64,000 bases of DNA from Octopus sinensis (GCF_006345805.1 NC_043010.1:11842001-11906000), one strand, 5' to 3'; shown: positions 36,512 through 50,399, counted from the stretch's first letter. Notes: generated by a model from the letters alone, not told the origin. Numbers and translations: made by a program.

Positions 36512-36925
36512 ACGCAGGAGTGGCTGTGTGGTAAGTAGCTTGTCTGCCAACCACATGGTTCCGGGTTCAGTCCCACTGCGTGGCACCTTGGGCAAGTGTC
36601 TTCTACTATAGCCTTGGGCTGACCAAAGCCTTGTGAGTGGATTTGGTAGACGGAAACTGAAAGAAGCCCGTCGTATATATGTATATATATATATATATGC
36701 GTGTGTGTGTTTGTGTGTCTGTGTTTGTCCCCTAGCATTGCTTGACAACCGATGCTGGTGTGTTTATGTCCCCATTACTTAGCGGTTCGGCAAAAGAGAC
36801 CGATAGAATAAGTACTGGGCTTACAAAAGAATAAGTTCTGGGGTCGAGTTGCTCGATTAAAAAAGGCGGTGCTCCAGCATGGCCGCAGTCAAATGACTGA
36901 AACACGTAAAAGAGTAAAAGAGAGA
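36512..36925 (+). mobile_element. SINE family A, full length
   Basis: Complete head to tail. Confidence 0.9.
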
Positions 36926-37870
36926 GTAAAGGTGAGGGAACACAAGCAGGTGTACTATTTTCACACACACACACACACTCATTCACATGCATGATGCGCT
37001 TCATTTAGCATCAGTTTCCCACGTCCACTCAGAAGGTTTTGGCCAGCCTGGAGCTACAGGAGAAGACTCTCGCACTCGGTGTCATACAGTGGAACTGAAC
37101 TGAAAACCACACGTACAAGGAGCAATCCTTTTAATCACACAACCATAACTGCTCCAAAGTTGTGCATATTTTCAAGTTATTATAATACCTGTGGAAAGAC
37201 CATGCATAGCTTTCCATGCTGTTGTAAATCAACTTCATTTGAATCATGTTCCTATGGGAATTGCAAATGGTACGTCAGTGTTTCAGAGTATCATCAACGA
37301 ATTTATCAATGTAATAACCTGACTTTAAACAAAAATAAATGCAAATATAATCTAATATTTATTAACATCCTAGGCTATCTAATTTCATATGAAGAATTAT
37401 GTCTCAATCTAGAATACCTTTGACTTCTTGAAGAGTTTATCCGTATCTCAAAATAGATAAGAATCACAATGAACTCTAGGAATATTCACATACTGTGTCA
37501 AAGAGATCTCTTCCTACCCTTCAAAAACTATTCAGTTAATCAGAGTAAATTTGCCTTTATTTAATAAGTAAAATGTAGGATGTATTAAACTTATTAAAAT
37601 GTTATTAAATGGGCAGTCGTGACTGCTGTCAATGAAGAGTTGCATTATACCTTTGAACCATTTGGCTACTAACTAAGCAATTGCTGTGGTGTTATTGTAA
37701 GGGTTAGAGCCCCTGGCATGTTATGTGAGTGATCGGAGTTGTCTTTTAAGTATGACCTGGACTAGTACTTTCCCAAGAAATGGTTAGGTTTTAACTATTT
37801 CTAGAGCTGAAACAAACAGACTTATCTCCCATCTTTCCTTTTCTCTATTTTTTTTTTCTTTCATTTAGCA

Positions 37871-38123
37871 CAGTGGTTTTTAACCATTTTTCATCAATGG
37901 ACCCCCTTGATTCCAGTTTCACTCAGATGGACCCTCATAACCATTTGATGCTTAAAAAACCATATCGTACTTTTATAATTAGATATGTTTAGAAATTATA
38001 TAAAAAAATTGTTAAAATATTTTATGTACTGTAGATGTATAACCAATTTATTGCAAATAAATGTTACAACAAAATCTTATAGGGACCTCGAAGGGTCACA
38101 CAAACCCAAGCTGAGAACCTTTG
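37871..38123. mobile_element. Probable hAT (Charlie-like) MITE
   Basis: Termini CAGTGGTTTTTAACC ... GCTGAGAACCTTTG resemble CAGTGGTTCTCAACC-type TIRs; TSD unclear. Confidence 0.45.
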
Positions 38124-38159
38124 TTTTAGATGACAATAATATTAACACCCTTCAAATGT

Positions 38160-38397
38160 TCATCATCATCATCATCATCGTTTAACGTCTGCTTTCCATG
38201 CTAGCATGGGTTGGACGGTTCAACAGGGGTCCGGGAAGCCCGAAGGCTGCACCAGGCCAGTCAGATCTGAGGTGTTTCTACAGCTGGATGCCCTTCCTAA
38301 CGCCAACAACTCCATGAGTGTAGTGGGTGCTTTTTATGTGCCACCGACACAGGTGCCAGACGAGGCTGGCGAACGGCCACGCTCGGATGGTGCTTGC
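38160..38397 (-). mobile_element. RTE-LINE 3' UTR (family B), short
   Basis: (CAT)n then cgtttaacgtctgctttccatgctagcatgggttggacgg...gatgcccttcctaacgccaac. Confidence 0.8.
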
Positions 38398-38637
38398 AGT
38401 GAAGAATTTTGTGTAAAGGTAACCAACTATTTTCAAGATGACTAACAGAATACTGTCTTCATCCAGCAAATTTCTTTTTAACATTTTGATGACAGCATTG
38501 ATATTAACAGTGATGTCTTGGCATCATGGGTGTTGATCGCTCCACTGGTTTAGTCTGTTTAGGAACAGATTGAATTGTTCTTACTTGGAATCAAGACCAC
38601 AATCTTACAGTCATTGAGTCCAAAGTCCTAACTACAT

Positions 38638-39040
38638 AGGCGCAGGAGTGGCTGTGTGGTAAGTAGCTTGCTTGCGAACCACATGGTTCTGGGTTCAGTC
38701 CCACTGCGTGGCACCTTGGGCAAGTGTCTTCTATTATAGCCGCAGGCCGACCAAAGCCTTGTGAGTGGATTTGGTAGACGGAAACTGAAAGAAGCCCGTC
38801 GTATATATGTATATATATGCGTGTGCGTGTTTGTGTATCTGTGTTTGTCCCCCTAGCATTGCTTGACAACCGATGCTGGTTTGTTTATGTCCCCGTTACT
38901 TAGCGGTTCGGCAAAAGAGACCGATAGAATAAGTACTGGGCTTACAAAAGAATAAGTCCTAGGGTTGAGTTGCTCGATGAAAGGCGGTGCTCCAGCATGG
39001 CCGCAGTCAAATGACTGAAACAAGTAAAAGAGTAAAAGAG
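38638..39040 (+). mobile_element. SINE family A, full length
   Basis: Complete head to tail. Confidence 0.9.
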
Positions 39041-39667
39041 TACTAAGCCATGTACCTTCACACATTTCAGAATACTGAGTACAATTTCTTCACCTTATCA
39101 CTATGATTTATGCTTCAATCACTCATGTTTCTTCACTTTGTAAAGAAGCTTGGTATGGGTTGTAAAACTCTTTTGGCCTTGTCAAAGACATGACAGCTCT
39201 CTCATGTTGGTGCCATGACAAAAAGCAATTAAGTCACTCTATAAAGTGGTTAGTGTTAGAAATTAATCCAAAAATGTATCATAAGCAATATGAGGGGTCC
39301 TGACAAGCCTAGGTGAACATACCCACCAAATATGTGTTGATACTAACTGTGATGTCCTAACCAATGAATACACACACAAATGAATACACACACATGCATA
39401 TATATGTATGCATATATGTACGTTTGTAATATGTCAGAAAGTATGACTTGGGGGAAGTTGCTTCATCCAGCTTTCAAAATGAACCACATGGAACTTTCAC
39501 TGTCATGTGAAATAAAGGAGTCTGCATGTACTTTCACTTGCTTTCTGACCCCACAAAATACTTTTTCTTCTGTACAAAATATCAGTGACTGGGGAGAAAT
39601 AAGAGAAATACAGATAGAAGCGGGAGGGGGAGAGAGAGATCTTTTTTTATTTTATTTTAATATGTAT

Positions 39668-40190
39668 TATCATCATCATCATCATTTAACATCCGTTTTC
39701 CATGCTAGCATGGGTTGGACGGTTCAACTGGGGTCTGGGAAGCCAGGAGGCTGCACCAGGCTCCAGTCTGATCTGGCAGTGTTTCTACAGCTGGATGCCC
39801 TTCCTAACGCCAACCACTCCGTGAGTGTAGTGGGTGCTTTTTAGGTGCCAGGCAAGGCTGGCAATGGCCACGATCGGATTGGTGCTTTTTACATGCCACC
39901 GGCACGGAAGCCAGTCAAGGCGGCACTGGCATCAGCCACGTTCGGATGGTGCTTTTTACGTGTCACTAACACAGACGCCAGCCAAGCGGCACTGGCATCT
40001 GCCACATTCGGACGGTGCTTTTTACGTGTCACCAGCATGGGTATCTTAACTACAATTTCCATTTGAATTTTTATTTTGATGTTGATGTACTTGACTCAAT
40101 AGGTCTCCTCAAGAACAGCAGGTCTCCTCAAGAACAGCCATGAACTCACTTCATTTGTCAGGTCTTCACAGTCACACCATATCTCAGACA
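39668..40190 (-). mobile_element. RTE-LINE 3' UTR (family B) with ~3 internal repeat units
   Basis: (CAT)n tail, same UTR, units at ~39845-40035. Confidence 0.8.
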
Positions 40191-41172
40191 TATATATACA
40201 CAGACATATATATATTTATGTGTGTGTGTGTATATATATATAATATATATATATATATCTATATATAATATATATATATACTTATATATATGTGGGCATG
40301 GCTGTGTGGTTAGGTAGCATTCTTTCTAACTACATGGTTTCAGGTTCAGTCCCACTGCGTGGTACTTTGGATAGGTGTCTTCCGCTATAGCCCTGAGCCG
40401 ACCGGAGCTTTGTGATTGAATTCGGTAGGCGGGAGTTACTGCCGTGTGTGTATGTGTGCGTATAGCTGCTCAGTGCCTCTCTGAAAGAGAGAGAGGGATA
40501 TATATATATATATATATTGTATTCATTGTCTATGTTTTCTTTTTTTAATGAAATTCATTATTATTTTGCACTTTCTAGACAAATATGGATTCAAAACTAA
40601 CAATAGACAACCACACTGGAATTGTCAAGAGGCTTGGCATAGAATTCAGAGACAACGTTTCTAAATGATATTCCTTGTCTTGTATGTGTCAGAATATTTT
40701 CAGTGCAGTCATCTATCATCAGTTCTGAATACATACTGGACTGGAAATTTAAAAAAAAATATGTATGTATGTATGTATACACATAATAATTAATTTAGTT
40801 AGACGAGAATATAAACACAATACAAATATATGTAAAGGCAAATCTCGTCTCGATCTAGACATTTGGGCTACCTTAAACACACTTATGAACATAGATATTT
40901 ACTTCATTGGACTGTTTGAATATCAGTCGATATCCAGGATAAATCATTCATTCCTTCAGATTTGGTAAATAATATTTGAACATAATTATGTAATCTTCAC
41001 TGCAGCACATTAATTTATTTAATATAAGAAAAATATTTCTAGCTTTGCTATGAAACAATGATGGCGTTTATAATCTTTAGAAAAATATACAAGTCTGAAG
41101 CCTGACAGTCAATTTTGAATAAGGCAAGTTGAAATCCTGAATTTTGGTACTTAGACTCAGTTGTTCTTTATA

Positions 41173-41569
41173 TCTTTATATATAAAAAAGAAATTGTGTG
41201 TCTGTCTCCTACGATTTAGATTCCTAACTACTCCCACATTTTGCGGTGCAGTTTAACTAAAACCGGGTATCTTATAGTCGTGATTCATATCGAGCCCTTC
41301 TGGGTATTAGCGCGCATCTACGATGAGTCTACGATTTTAAAAATAATTTACCATCATTTTTTTCCATTTTAATGCATTTTTTTCACTAAAGATATAAGGG
41401 AAGTAACTCTCTAAAAATGTCTACGATGAGTCGACGATTTTTAAAAAAATTTACCATAACTTTTTTCCATTTTTAATGCATTTTTTGCTATTTTTTGGAT
41501 ATAACTCTCTAAAAATGCTTTATAGTTATTTCCCTTACAAACCCGAGCAATGCCGGGCGATACTGCAAG
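41173..41569 (+). mobile_element. Non-autonomous Helitron, copy 2
   Basis: A^TCTTTATATATAAAA 5' end; hairpin CCCGAGCAATGCCGGG; ends CAAG^T. Confidence 0.8.
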
Positions 41570-41634
41570 TTTAATATAAGAAAAATATTTCTAGCTTTGC
41601 TATGAAACAATGATGGGGTTTATAATCTGTAGAA

Positions 41635-42030
41635 GTGGCTGTGTGGTAAGTAGCTTGCTAACCAGCCACATGGTTCCAGGTTCAGTTCCACTGCGTGGCA
41701 TCTTGGGCAAGTGTCTTCTGCTATAGTCCCGGGCCAACCAATGCCTTGTGAGTGGATTTGGTAGACAGAAACTGAAAGAAGCCCGTCGTATATATGTATA
41801 TGTGTATGTGTGTGTGTGTTTGTGTGTCTGTGTTTGTCCCCCTAGCATTGCTTGACAACCGATGCTGGTGTGTTTACGTCCCCGTCACTTAGCGGTTCGG
41901 CAAAGGAGACCGATAGAATAAGTACTGGGCTTACAAAGAATAAGTCCCGGGGTCGATTTGCTCGACTAAAGGCGGTGCTCCAGCATGTCTGCAGTCAAAT
42001 GACTGAAACAAGTAAACGAGTAAAAGAGTA
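41635..42030 (+). mobile_element. SINE family A
   Basis: Head slightly truncated; otherwise complete. Confidence 0.9.
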
Positions 42031-42225
42031 TGTCTGAAGCCTGACAGTCAATTGTGAATAAGGCAAGTTAAAATCCTGAATTTTGGTACTTAGACTCAGT
42101 TGTTCTTTATATGGATTATATATACAAAAGTAGACAACTGACATGTAAAAATTAAAATTGTTTTCCACATGAAGATTTAGGCTAAGATTATTAATTTGCT
42201 TTATCATATTTTGAGAGGGTCATTA

Positions 42226-42632
42226 TACTCTTTTACGCGTTTACTTGTTTCAGTCATTTGACTGCAGACATGCTGGAGCACCGCCTTTAGTCGAGCAAAT
42301 CGACCCCGGGACTTATTCTTTGTAAGCCCAGTACTTATTCTATCGGTCTCTTTTGCCGAACCGCTAAGTAACGGAGACACAAACACACCTGCATCGGTTG
42401 TGAAGCAATGCTAGGGGGACAAACACAGACACACAAACACACACACGCATATATATATATACATATATACGACGGGCTTCTTTCAGTTTCCGTCTACCAA
42501 ATCCACTCACAAGGCTTTGGTCGGCCTGAGGCTATAGTAGAAGACACTTGCCCAAGGTGCCATGCAGTGGAACTGAACCCGGAACCATGTGGTTGGTAAA
42601 CAAGCTACTTACCACACAGCCACTCCTGCGCC
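42226..42632 (-). mobile_element. SINE family A, full length
   Basis: Reverse complement of the consensus. Confidence 0.9.
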
Positions 42633-42924
42633 TATATTATGTCAATAATAAATACACACACTGGTTCTATTCCACTTCTTTGTCAATTCATTAACATTTA
42701 ACCCCTTAACTAATTGACTGTTTGCTTAACTGTTTGATCTGTCAATAAAGCTGCTATGATTGCCAAAGTCTTTTCATCACCATCTGCAAGGGGAACTCAT
42801 TGATGAAGTCATGAATGTTGATGAAGGAAGTTTGACAAATTTAGCTGTCCAATTAATTAACCAAATGATTAATCAAAGAATCAATTAGTTAAATGGTTAA
42901 ATTGCTAACTAGTTGACCGTTAAT

Positions 42925-43138
42925 AATGGTTTCAGATTTTGGCACAAGGCCAGCAAGTTCAAGGAAAGGAATAATTGAGCACATCGATCTCAGTCTTCGA
43001 CTGGTACTTAATTTATCAACTCTGAAAGGATGAAAGGGAAAGTTGACCTCAGAGGAATTTGAACACAGAATGCAACAAGAAGCAATGTGCTGCAAAGCAT
43101 TTTGTCCGACGTGTTAATGAATCTGCCAGCTTGCCTTA
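42925..43138 (-). mobile_element. SINE family C (alternative tail), diverged
   Basis: gaaaggatgaaagggaaagttgacctcagaggaatttgaa...ctgccagcttgcc. Confidence 0.75.
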
Positions 43139-43157
43139 ATAATAACAACTACATTAA

Positions 43158-43245
43158 TAATGATGATGATGATGATGAGAAGAAGAAGAAGAAGAAGAAG
43201 AAGAAGAAGAAGAAGAAGAAGAAGAAGAAGAAGAAGAAGAAGAAG

Positions 43246-43275
<30 letters not shown>
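43158..43275. repeat. (GAT)n(GAA)n microsatellite
   Basis: Directly visible; long pure GAA run. Confidence 0.95.
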
Positions 43276-43276
<1 letters not shown>

Positions 43277-44377
43277 GAAACAAAACCAGTGTGTGTGTTT
43301 ATTACTGGAATGACCCTCCCAAGATACAACAAAATCTGTTTCAATGCATGCATTCACATCAAGAATCTTGCAAACCAAATACAAAAATTAATTATTAATT
43401 TATATTAAAATTTAAGTATTTAAGAGAAAACTCTGAAACCAAGCATTCTTGATATACAATAGTAAAATCAGATATTCAAGGTCCTGATGAACTCCTTTCT
43501 TTTGTTCAGTGATGGTACCTTTAACTGTTTTGTTTTTACAGCGAGGTTTCTGTTCAAATACACTTGACTCAAAGCATGGCGCATTCATTTTCAAAAATAA
43601 CAATGTGTTTGTTACATTAAATTGGTGATCATGATCATTTACACTGAATCTTCCTTGCAAGGAACAGGTTTCTTTTTTATATTTATTTAATCAGAAATAA
43701 AATAACATCTTCCAAGAAAATAATCCCTGTTTTTATTTTATTACTGTTTGATCTTTCAAATGTTTGTTGTTATTCCTTTTATCATGTTTTGTAAAGGAAA
43801 TCCATTAAATATCATTTTCTTCCTCTTATATAGAATTTCCAAAGATGTAAATACACATCAGAACAACCTTACACTGAAGACCCTCTTCTGTAAATAGTAA
43901 TATAAAATGTCTTTTAATATGTAGTTGTTAAGAAGCTGTTCATAGATTGGTACCTTTAGCAAGATTTACAGTGTGAAGTCTGTTCTTTTTCTCAAGTGGT
44001 GTCTCAACTGGAGGGACGTCTTTTGGAAACCGAAGTGCTGCAAAAGATTCAATAAAGATTATTTCTTCACAAAATGTTGGCTATAGTTTATCGAATGCTA
44101 TGTCATTTTTCATATTGTCTATATTGAAAGTAATAGGAAAAACAAACAGAAATTTCCAGAACCAAAAACAATAACGTCACAAAGAAATATCTTCTTTGAA
44201 ATACTTTGTAAATAGAAATCTCGATTCATCATATTAGCTTTTTTTTTTTCTAAAGCTTATTGACATGAATTATAGACATAATGCACGTACAAACAATCTA
44301 TATAACTGTAACTATACAAACAGAAAATGATGTAATCTGCTTGTATAAACTGCACAGCAAGCAATACATTATATACT

Positions 44378-44912
44378 CCTTTACTCTTTTACTTGTTTCA
44401 GTCATTTGATTGCAGCCATGCTGGAGCACCGCCTTTAGTCGAGCAACTCGACCCCGGGACTTATTCTTTTTTTTGTAAGCCCAGTACTTATTCTATCGGT
44501 CTCTTTTTGCCAAACCGCTAAGTGACGGGGACATAAACACACCAGCATCGGTTGTCAAGCAATGCTAGGGGGACAAACAGACACACAAACATACACGCAA
44601 TCATATATATATACATATATACTCTTTACTCTTTTACTTGTTTCAGTCATTTGACTGCGGCCATGCTGGAGCACCGCCTTTAGTCGAGCAAATCGACCCC
44701 GGAACTTATTCTTTTTTGTAAGCCCAGTACTTATTGTATCGGTCTCTTTTGCCGAACCGCTAAGTGACGGGGACATAAACACACCAGCATCGGTTGTCAA
44801 GCAATGCTAGGGGGACAAACACAGACACACAAACATATACACACACATACATATATATATACATATATACGACGGCTTCTTTCACTTTCCGTCTACCAAA
44901 TCCACTCACAGG
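44378..44912 (-). mobile_element. Two tandem 5'-truncated SINE family A copies
   Basis: Tails at ~44378 and ~44620. Confidence 0.85.
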
Positions 44913-45580
44913 TTTGAACATTTCTAATTTTTCCTTTCCACAACCTACATGACACAATTGAGGATGGAAGAAAGATAAAAGAAAAATGCTTCGTTAAAAT
45001 GTTCAAACCTGTTCTGAACAGAAATAACAACAATAATATAACAACCAGTTAATGACGTGGATTAAAAAAATATCTTTAAAATATGAATATAAACAAATTG
45101 CAGAAGACTTCCACTGACTGAAATAAAAACGACCGAAACCAGCTTAGTTTGTTCACTCATAAAACCATTTGACTACGGCCATGCTGGTGACAGCATTCCT
45201 TTTATATTTTTAAATGTTTATCATATCGCAAGAGAAGTAGACGCATAAATACATATACACATTGTTAAATCAAAAGTGGGAGAGAAGAGGGACACAAAGG
45301 AAGTGAAAGAGAAAGAGAGACAGTAAGAGAGACAATAGATATATAAATCCAAAGAAAAGTTTATACATACATACATACATAGACACAACAAATATTGGCT
45401 ATCAATTTCACTTTTCATTACCACACGAGGATAAAATTAACTCACAAATAGCTGAGTACACCACAGACATGCATAACATTAATGTAGTTCACAGGGAGAT
45501 TCAGCTTCACACAGAATATGACAAGGCTGGTCCCTTTGAATTACAGCTACAACTCAAAACATATATATATATATATATAT

Positions 45581-45889
45581 CACCGTGATCATTGTGACCG
45601 ACCAGACTATCAGATGTTGCTACACATCGTTGGTCACAATGCGCTTCGCATTGTTTTAGCCTTCAAATGACGCCACCCCGCTGGCTAAGCGAGCAGACCC
45701 AACAGAAGGAAGAGTGAGAGAAAGTTGTGACGAAAGAGTACAACAGGGACTGCCACCAACCCCTGCCGGAGCCTCGTGGAGCTTTAGGTGTTTTCACTCA
45801 ATAAGCACACACAACGCCCGGTCTGGGAATCGAAACCACGATCCTACGACTGCGAGTCCGCTGCCCTAATCACTGGGCCATTGCGCCTC

Positions 45890-45890
<1 letters not shown>
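45581..45890 (-). mobile_element. SINE family D, tail type 2
   Basis: Same head and body as 11685, but the 3' ~150 bp are unrelated. Confidence 0.85.
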
Positions 45891-45947
<57 letters not shown>

Positions 45948-46456
45948 TGTATTTGTGTATGTGCATAGCTTAGGTTAGTAAAAACATGTTTACAAAAATA
46001 ACTGTCGTGTGGTGGAACTAAATGCAATTACCGAACTTTCATTCATAAATCCATTTGTTATTTCATTCTTTTGCATTTCAATTTGTACATTAAATTTCTT
46101 TGAATATGTACGATGTATTTTAAGGTTAAATAGTAATTCCATTTACGTTTGTGTAACTGAGATATTTTGGTTGGATTGTCATTGGTGTTACCTTACTTCC
46201 TGTATTCTGTAACTTTCACAATATACTTTTCTAGACCTGAGTGTTTTGTGGAGAGGGGGCCAGTTGATTAGATTGACCCCGAAAGAACAAAAGGCAAAGT
46301 CAATCTCAGCAGAATTTGAACTCGGAAAGTAAAGACAGACAGTCATAATATACAAGCATTTCTCATGGCACCAGTACACTGTTTACAAATGCTTACATTT
46401 TTTGCTTTCAGTGAATTTTTCAAGGGTCCAGCTAGTTATTATTATTATTATTATTA

Positions 46457-46692
46457 GATCATGAAAAATCTCAGCTTTATTTTGCCGGGTATGATGGAAA
46501 GTGTCAGCTGTCCACAACCAACAGACTAAGGTGACAATTGTTCTTTGATAATGCTTCAAGAATGCTGTGAAGGAGTTATGCAGTTCCAAGCAACAATGAT
46601 TTTTGTAGGTGTTCTATCTTCAGAGCTGTTCCAATTTTTTTAAGCCATGTTGGTAGTTGGGTACTGATACTACCAAGTGCACCAATTGCAAT
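46457..46692 (-). mobile_element. Older R4/Dong-type non-LTR retrotransposon 3' fragment
   Basis: Minus strand IAIGALGSISTQLPTWLKKIGTALKIEHLQKSLLLGTA*LLHSILE parallels IIVGALG...IHKIALLGTAHILRRTL of the neighbour; ends in (AAT)n. Confidence 0.7.
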
Positions 46693-46711
46693 TATTATTA
46701 TTATTATTATT

Positions 46712-47796
46712 CAGTAGTTTTATTTTTATAGCGTGCTTTCACTTCACTACCGAGCGCAGCTCTGTGTGCCTTGAGTATGTGCTGTGATTTGTTGTGATGC
46801 TCTGATGGTTATTGTATGGAAAGTGTTCTGCGTAGGATGTGTGCAGTGCCTAGTAGTGCAATTTTATGTATGTTATATGTGTTTGTAAGTCCTGGTGTTT
46901 TTGTTATGTATTTGTCTGAATATTTTTTTATCATGCCTAATGCACCTACTATGATAGGAATTGTTTCTGTTTTCAGGTTCCACATTCTAGTTACCTCTAT
47001 TTCCAGGTCTTTGTATTTTGAGAGTTTCTCCATTTCTTTTAGAGACACGTTGTCATCTGCCGGTATTGATACATCAATTAGAAAGCATTTTTTTTCTTCA
47101 TGATTTCTGACAACTATATCTGGTCTGTTGGCCTTAATTTCTCTATCTGTGTGTATCGGCATATCCCAGAGTATGGTTGCTTTCTCGTTTTCTGTGATCT
47201 TTTCTGGTGTGTGCCTATACCATTTTTTTTCTGTTGTTATTCCATAATGTTGGCATAGCTTCCAATGTATGTAGGTTCCAACTCTGTCATGTCTGTGAAT
47301 ATATTCCTTCTTAGCCAGGACTGGCAGCTAGAGATAATATGATTTATTGTTTCTTGTCCATCTCCACATATTCTGCAGTTACTTGTAATATTTCTTTTCA
47401 TTACATGTTTTTGGTAATTTCTGGTGGGGAGGCTTTGGTCTTGTGCTGCAATTAAAAATCCCTCTGTTTCTGCTTTGAGTCCTGAGCTTCTCAACCATTG
47501 CTGGGATTTTTCTTGTCTATTTCTTTTGCGTTTAGTTTAGTCCAGTATTTACCATGAAGGGGCTTTTCTTGCCATCGTTTTATCATGGTTCGTTGCTGTT
47601 CTATTTTTAGTTTGGATTTCATTTGTTTTATAGCTTTTGTTGTTTCTTCATCATCTTCTTCTTCTTCTTTGTGTTTATTAGGTGGTATGATTTCTTGTTT
47701 GTATTTGTCAGCTTCCTTAAATACTGAGAACAGTTTTTTGTTTTGCTCGTGTTTTGCCACTATCTGGATCAGTTTTCCTTCCTTCTGAAGTAGATA

Positions 47797-47800
<4 letters not shown>
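46712..47800 (-). mobile_element. R4/Dong-type non-LTR retrotransposon, 5'-truncated (CCHC zinc knuckle plus restriction-like endonuclease), two frameshifts
   Basis: WQEKPLHGKY; LKAETEGFLIAAQDQSL; CRIC-X8-H-X4-C; RHD; RPDIVV...FLIDVSIP...KLSKYKDL; LLGTAHILR. Flanked by (TAA)n on both sides. Confidence 0.9.
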
Positions 47801-47850
<50 letters not shown>

Positions 47851-47950
47851 TTTATTTTTATTGTTATTATTATTATCATTATCATTATTATTATTATTAT
47901 CATCATCATCATCATCATCATCATCATTATCATTATTATTATTATTATTA
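47800..47950. repeat. (ATT)n/(CAT)n microsatellite
   Basis: Directly visible. Confidence 0.9.
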
Positions 47951-48384
47951 CTGCTACCGAAAATGAGAGTGTAAAAATTATATCTCAAATTTATTCTTTT
48001 TAAAACTTTGTATTTTAAATTGCAAGCTACAGTCACAAAGAATGCGTCTAATTGAAACAGAACAGAGCATAACATAGAAGAGGCATGCTTTAATGTCAGA
48101 ACATAAATTTCTTTATGTCAGTCTGCATGGAAATATATGTAACTTTGCAACTTATTTCCAGATATGTTTACCTTTCTTCTTCAAGACTCGTTCTGAAATT
48201 TATTTAGGATTTTAGGCTTTAATAGAATTAGTGATAATTTCATATTATTTTCATATGTCTTTGTTAATTATTTTTCAAAAGTCTATATATCCAAAATGCA
48301 AAGTGTTTACATTGTGTGTGTTTGTGTGAGTGAGTATGTACACATGCATGTGTCTATCATGAATGTATGTATGAATGTATGTAA

Positions 48385-48386
48385 AC

Positions 48387-48455
<69 letters not shown>

Positions 48456-48469
48456 CATCCATCCATCCA

Positions 48470-48542
<73 letters not shown>

Positions 48543-48575
48543 GCGTATGTGTGTATGTGAGTGTGTGTATATATA

Positions 48576-48610
<35 letters not shown>

Positions 48611-48865
48611 ATATATATTATATATATATATGCATGTATGTATATATATATGTGTATATATATATATATATTATATATATATGCATGTATGTATGTATAT
48701 ATATATATAATATATATATATATATGCATGTATGTATAGTGTGTGAAAGAGAAAGAGAGAATATTTGGAAATAGCATTGAAATAATAGTTGTATAGAAAC
48801 CAGAAACAAAGTATTATAAAAATAACATCATAGAAAGTAAATATTGAAGTTATATTTTCTGAATC

Positions 48866-48902
<37 letters not shown>

Positions 48903-49470
48903 TACATACTTACATACATACATACATGCATAGATACATACATACATACATACATACACATACATACATACATACATACATACATACATAGATATATGTG
49001 TGTATCTGTTTGTGTGTGTGTGTATGTATACTGTATACATATATATGTGTGTGTTTATTGTTAGATACACAAACATATATAATGCTATAAAATATATCTG
49101 AAGAATATATCAAGTTGCAATGCAGCAGAAGGTAGATGTTAACATGAAACAATGGTACAAAGATGTGTGATACGTGTGTGTATCTGAGTGTGTATATATG
49201 TATATGTGTATATGTGTGTGTACATACATACATATACCTATACATATATACACATATATACATATGTACATGTATAGATATGTATATTTATATATATATG
49301 TATTTATATATAAATGTATACATATATTTGTGTGTATATATATACACATACACAAACATATATACATGTATATATACACACACACATATATATGATTATA
49401 CATGTATATATATATGTATATACATATATATATGTATATATATATATATATGTATATGTATATGTGTTTG
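48385..49470. repeat. Cluster of compound microsatellites (ATCT, CT, TA, CA, CATA)
   Basis: Directly visible. Confidence 0.85.
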
Positions 49471-49839
49471 TTGGGGTGTAATCCATGAAGCCTACAGACA
49501 GCCACCTACAGGAAAATAACAACATGCTATATAATCAAACCAAGTAAAACCGAGTTTATTGAACAAGGTACCTTTTGAAAAGTCACCTGACAAGACACTT
49601 CTACACCAAAAGATGCATCATAACCAGTTGCATAGTACCTCACCCATGATGGATCAACGTAAAATGGGTCGAAGCAATGGTAATTCATAAAGGATCTTGT
49701 AAATTTTATTTTCTGTTTTCATCATTTGTTATATACATGATGTATGTGTGGGTGTATATATGTGTGTGTATGTAAATTTTATTTGGGTGCTAACCTTGTA
49801 TAGATATAATGATACACCTTGAGTCTATAGTTGCATATA

Positions 49840-50130
49840 TGAGGTGATGTCAAAAAGTTCCCAGATTAGTTCTGCAGTGCGCCAACAGATGTCAGCATAT
49901 AATGGACATGTGCTGTGAGAACTAGCAGTAATTTTCATGAGGCAGCGTGTGAGTGAAATTGCTATGTTTACTTTGCAAGTTGTGAAGTTTGTGTTTTTTT
50001 TTTTATCACATGTGTATGTTGTAGTCTGCAATTTTGTCATGGACAGGAAAAAAGAGCCAACATGAAATTTTGTGTTAAACTTTGGAAAACTGCTACAGAG
50101 ACATGGAGCATTCTTTGGGAAGCTTAAGGT
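49840..50130 (+). mobile_element. Mariner transposon 5' fragment (TIR plus transposase N-terminus, degraded)
   Basis: TA|TGAGGTGATGTCAAAAAGTTCC terminus; RANMKFCVKL.KTATETWSIL.EA fits mariner N-terminal QR..IKFC.KLGK.ATET...L..AYG. Confidence 0.75.
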
Positions 50131-50399
50131 CATGTGGCAATGGATCATAGGCAATATTTACTTCTGGTTTTCTAGCATCAGTGGCATCTATATCTCTCTG
50201 TCTTTATCTCTCTATCTTGTTCCTTCATTACTGACTCTTTGGTTTAATGACAAACTTTGCTTCAACCCATACAATTCCTTCTTTTCCATAAAAATTTCTT
50301 ATTTACTTTCTGCCATCGTATTAAGAAATATAATTTCCATTACCCTGTTATTTTCATTGTTTACTATCTTCTACATATATAACCATACCAAGAAGGAAA

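Noticed and set aside
43087-43408. Poly-Lys/Arg/Glu ORFs
   Set aside because: (GAA)n microsatellite.
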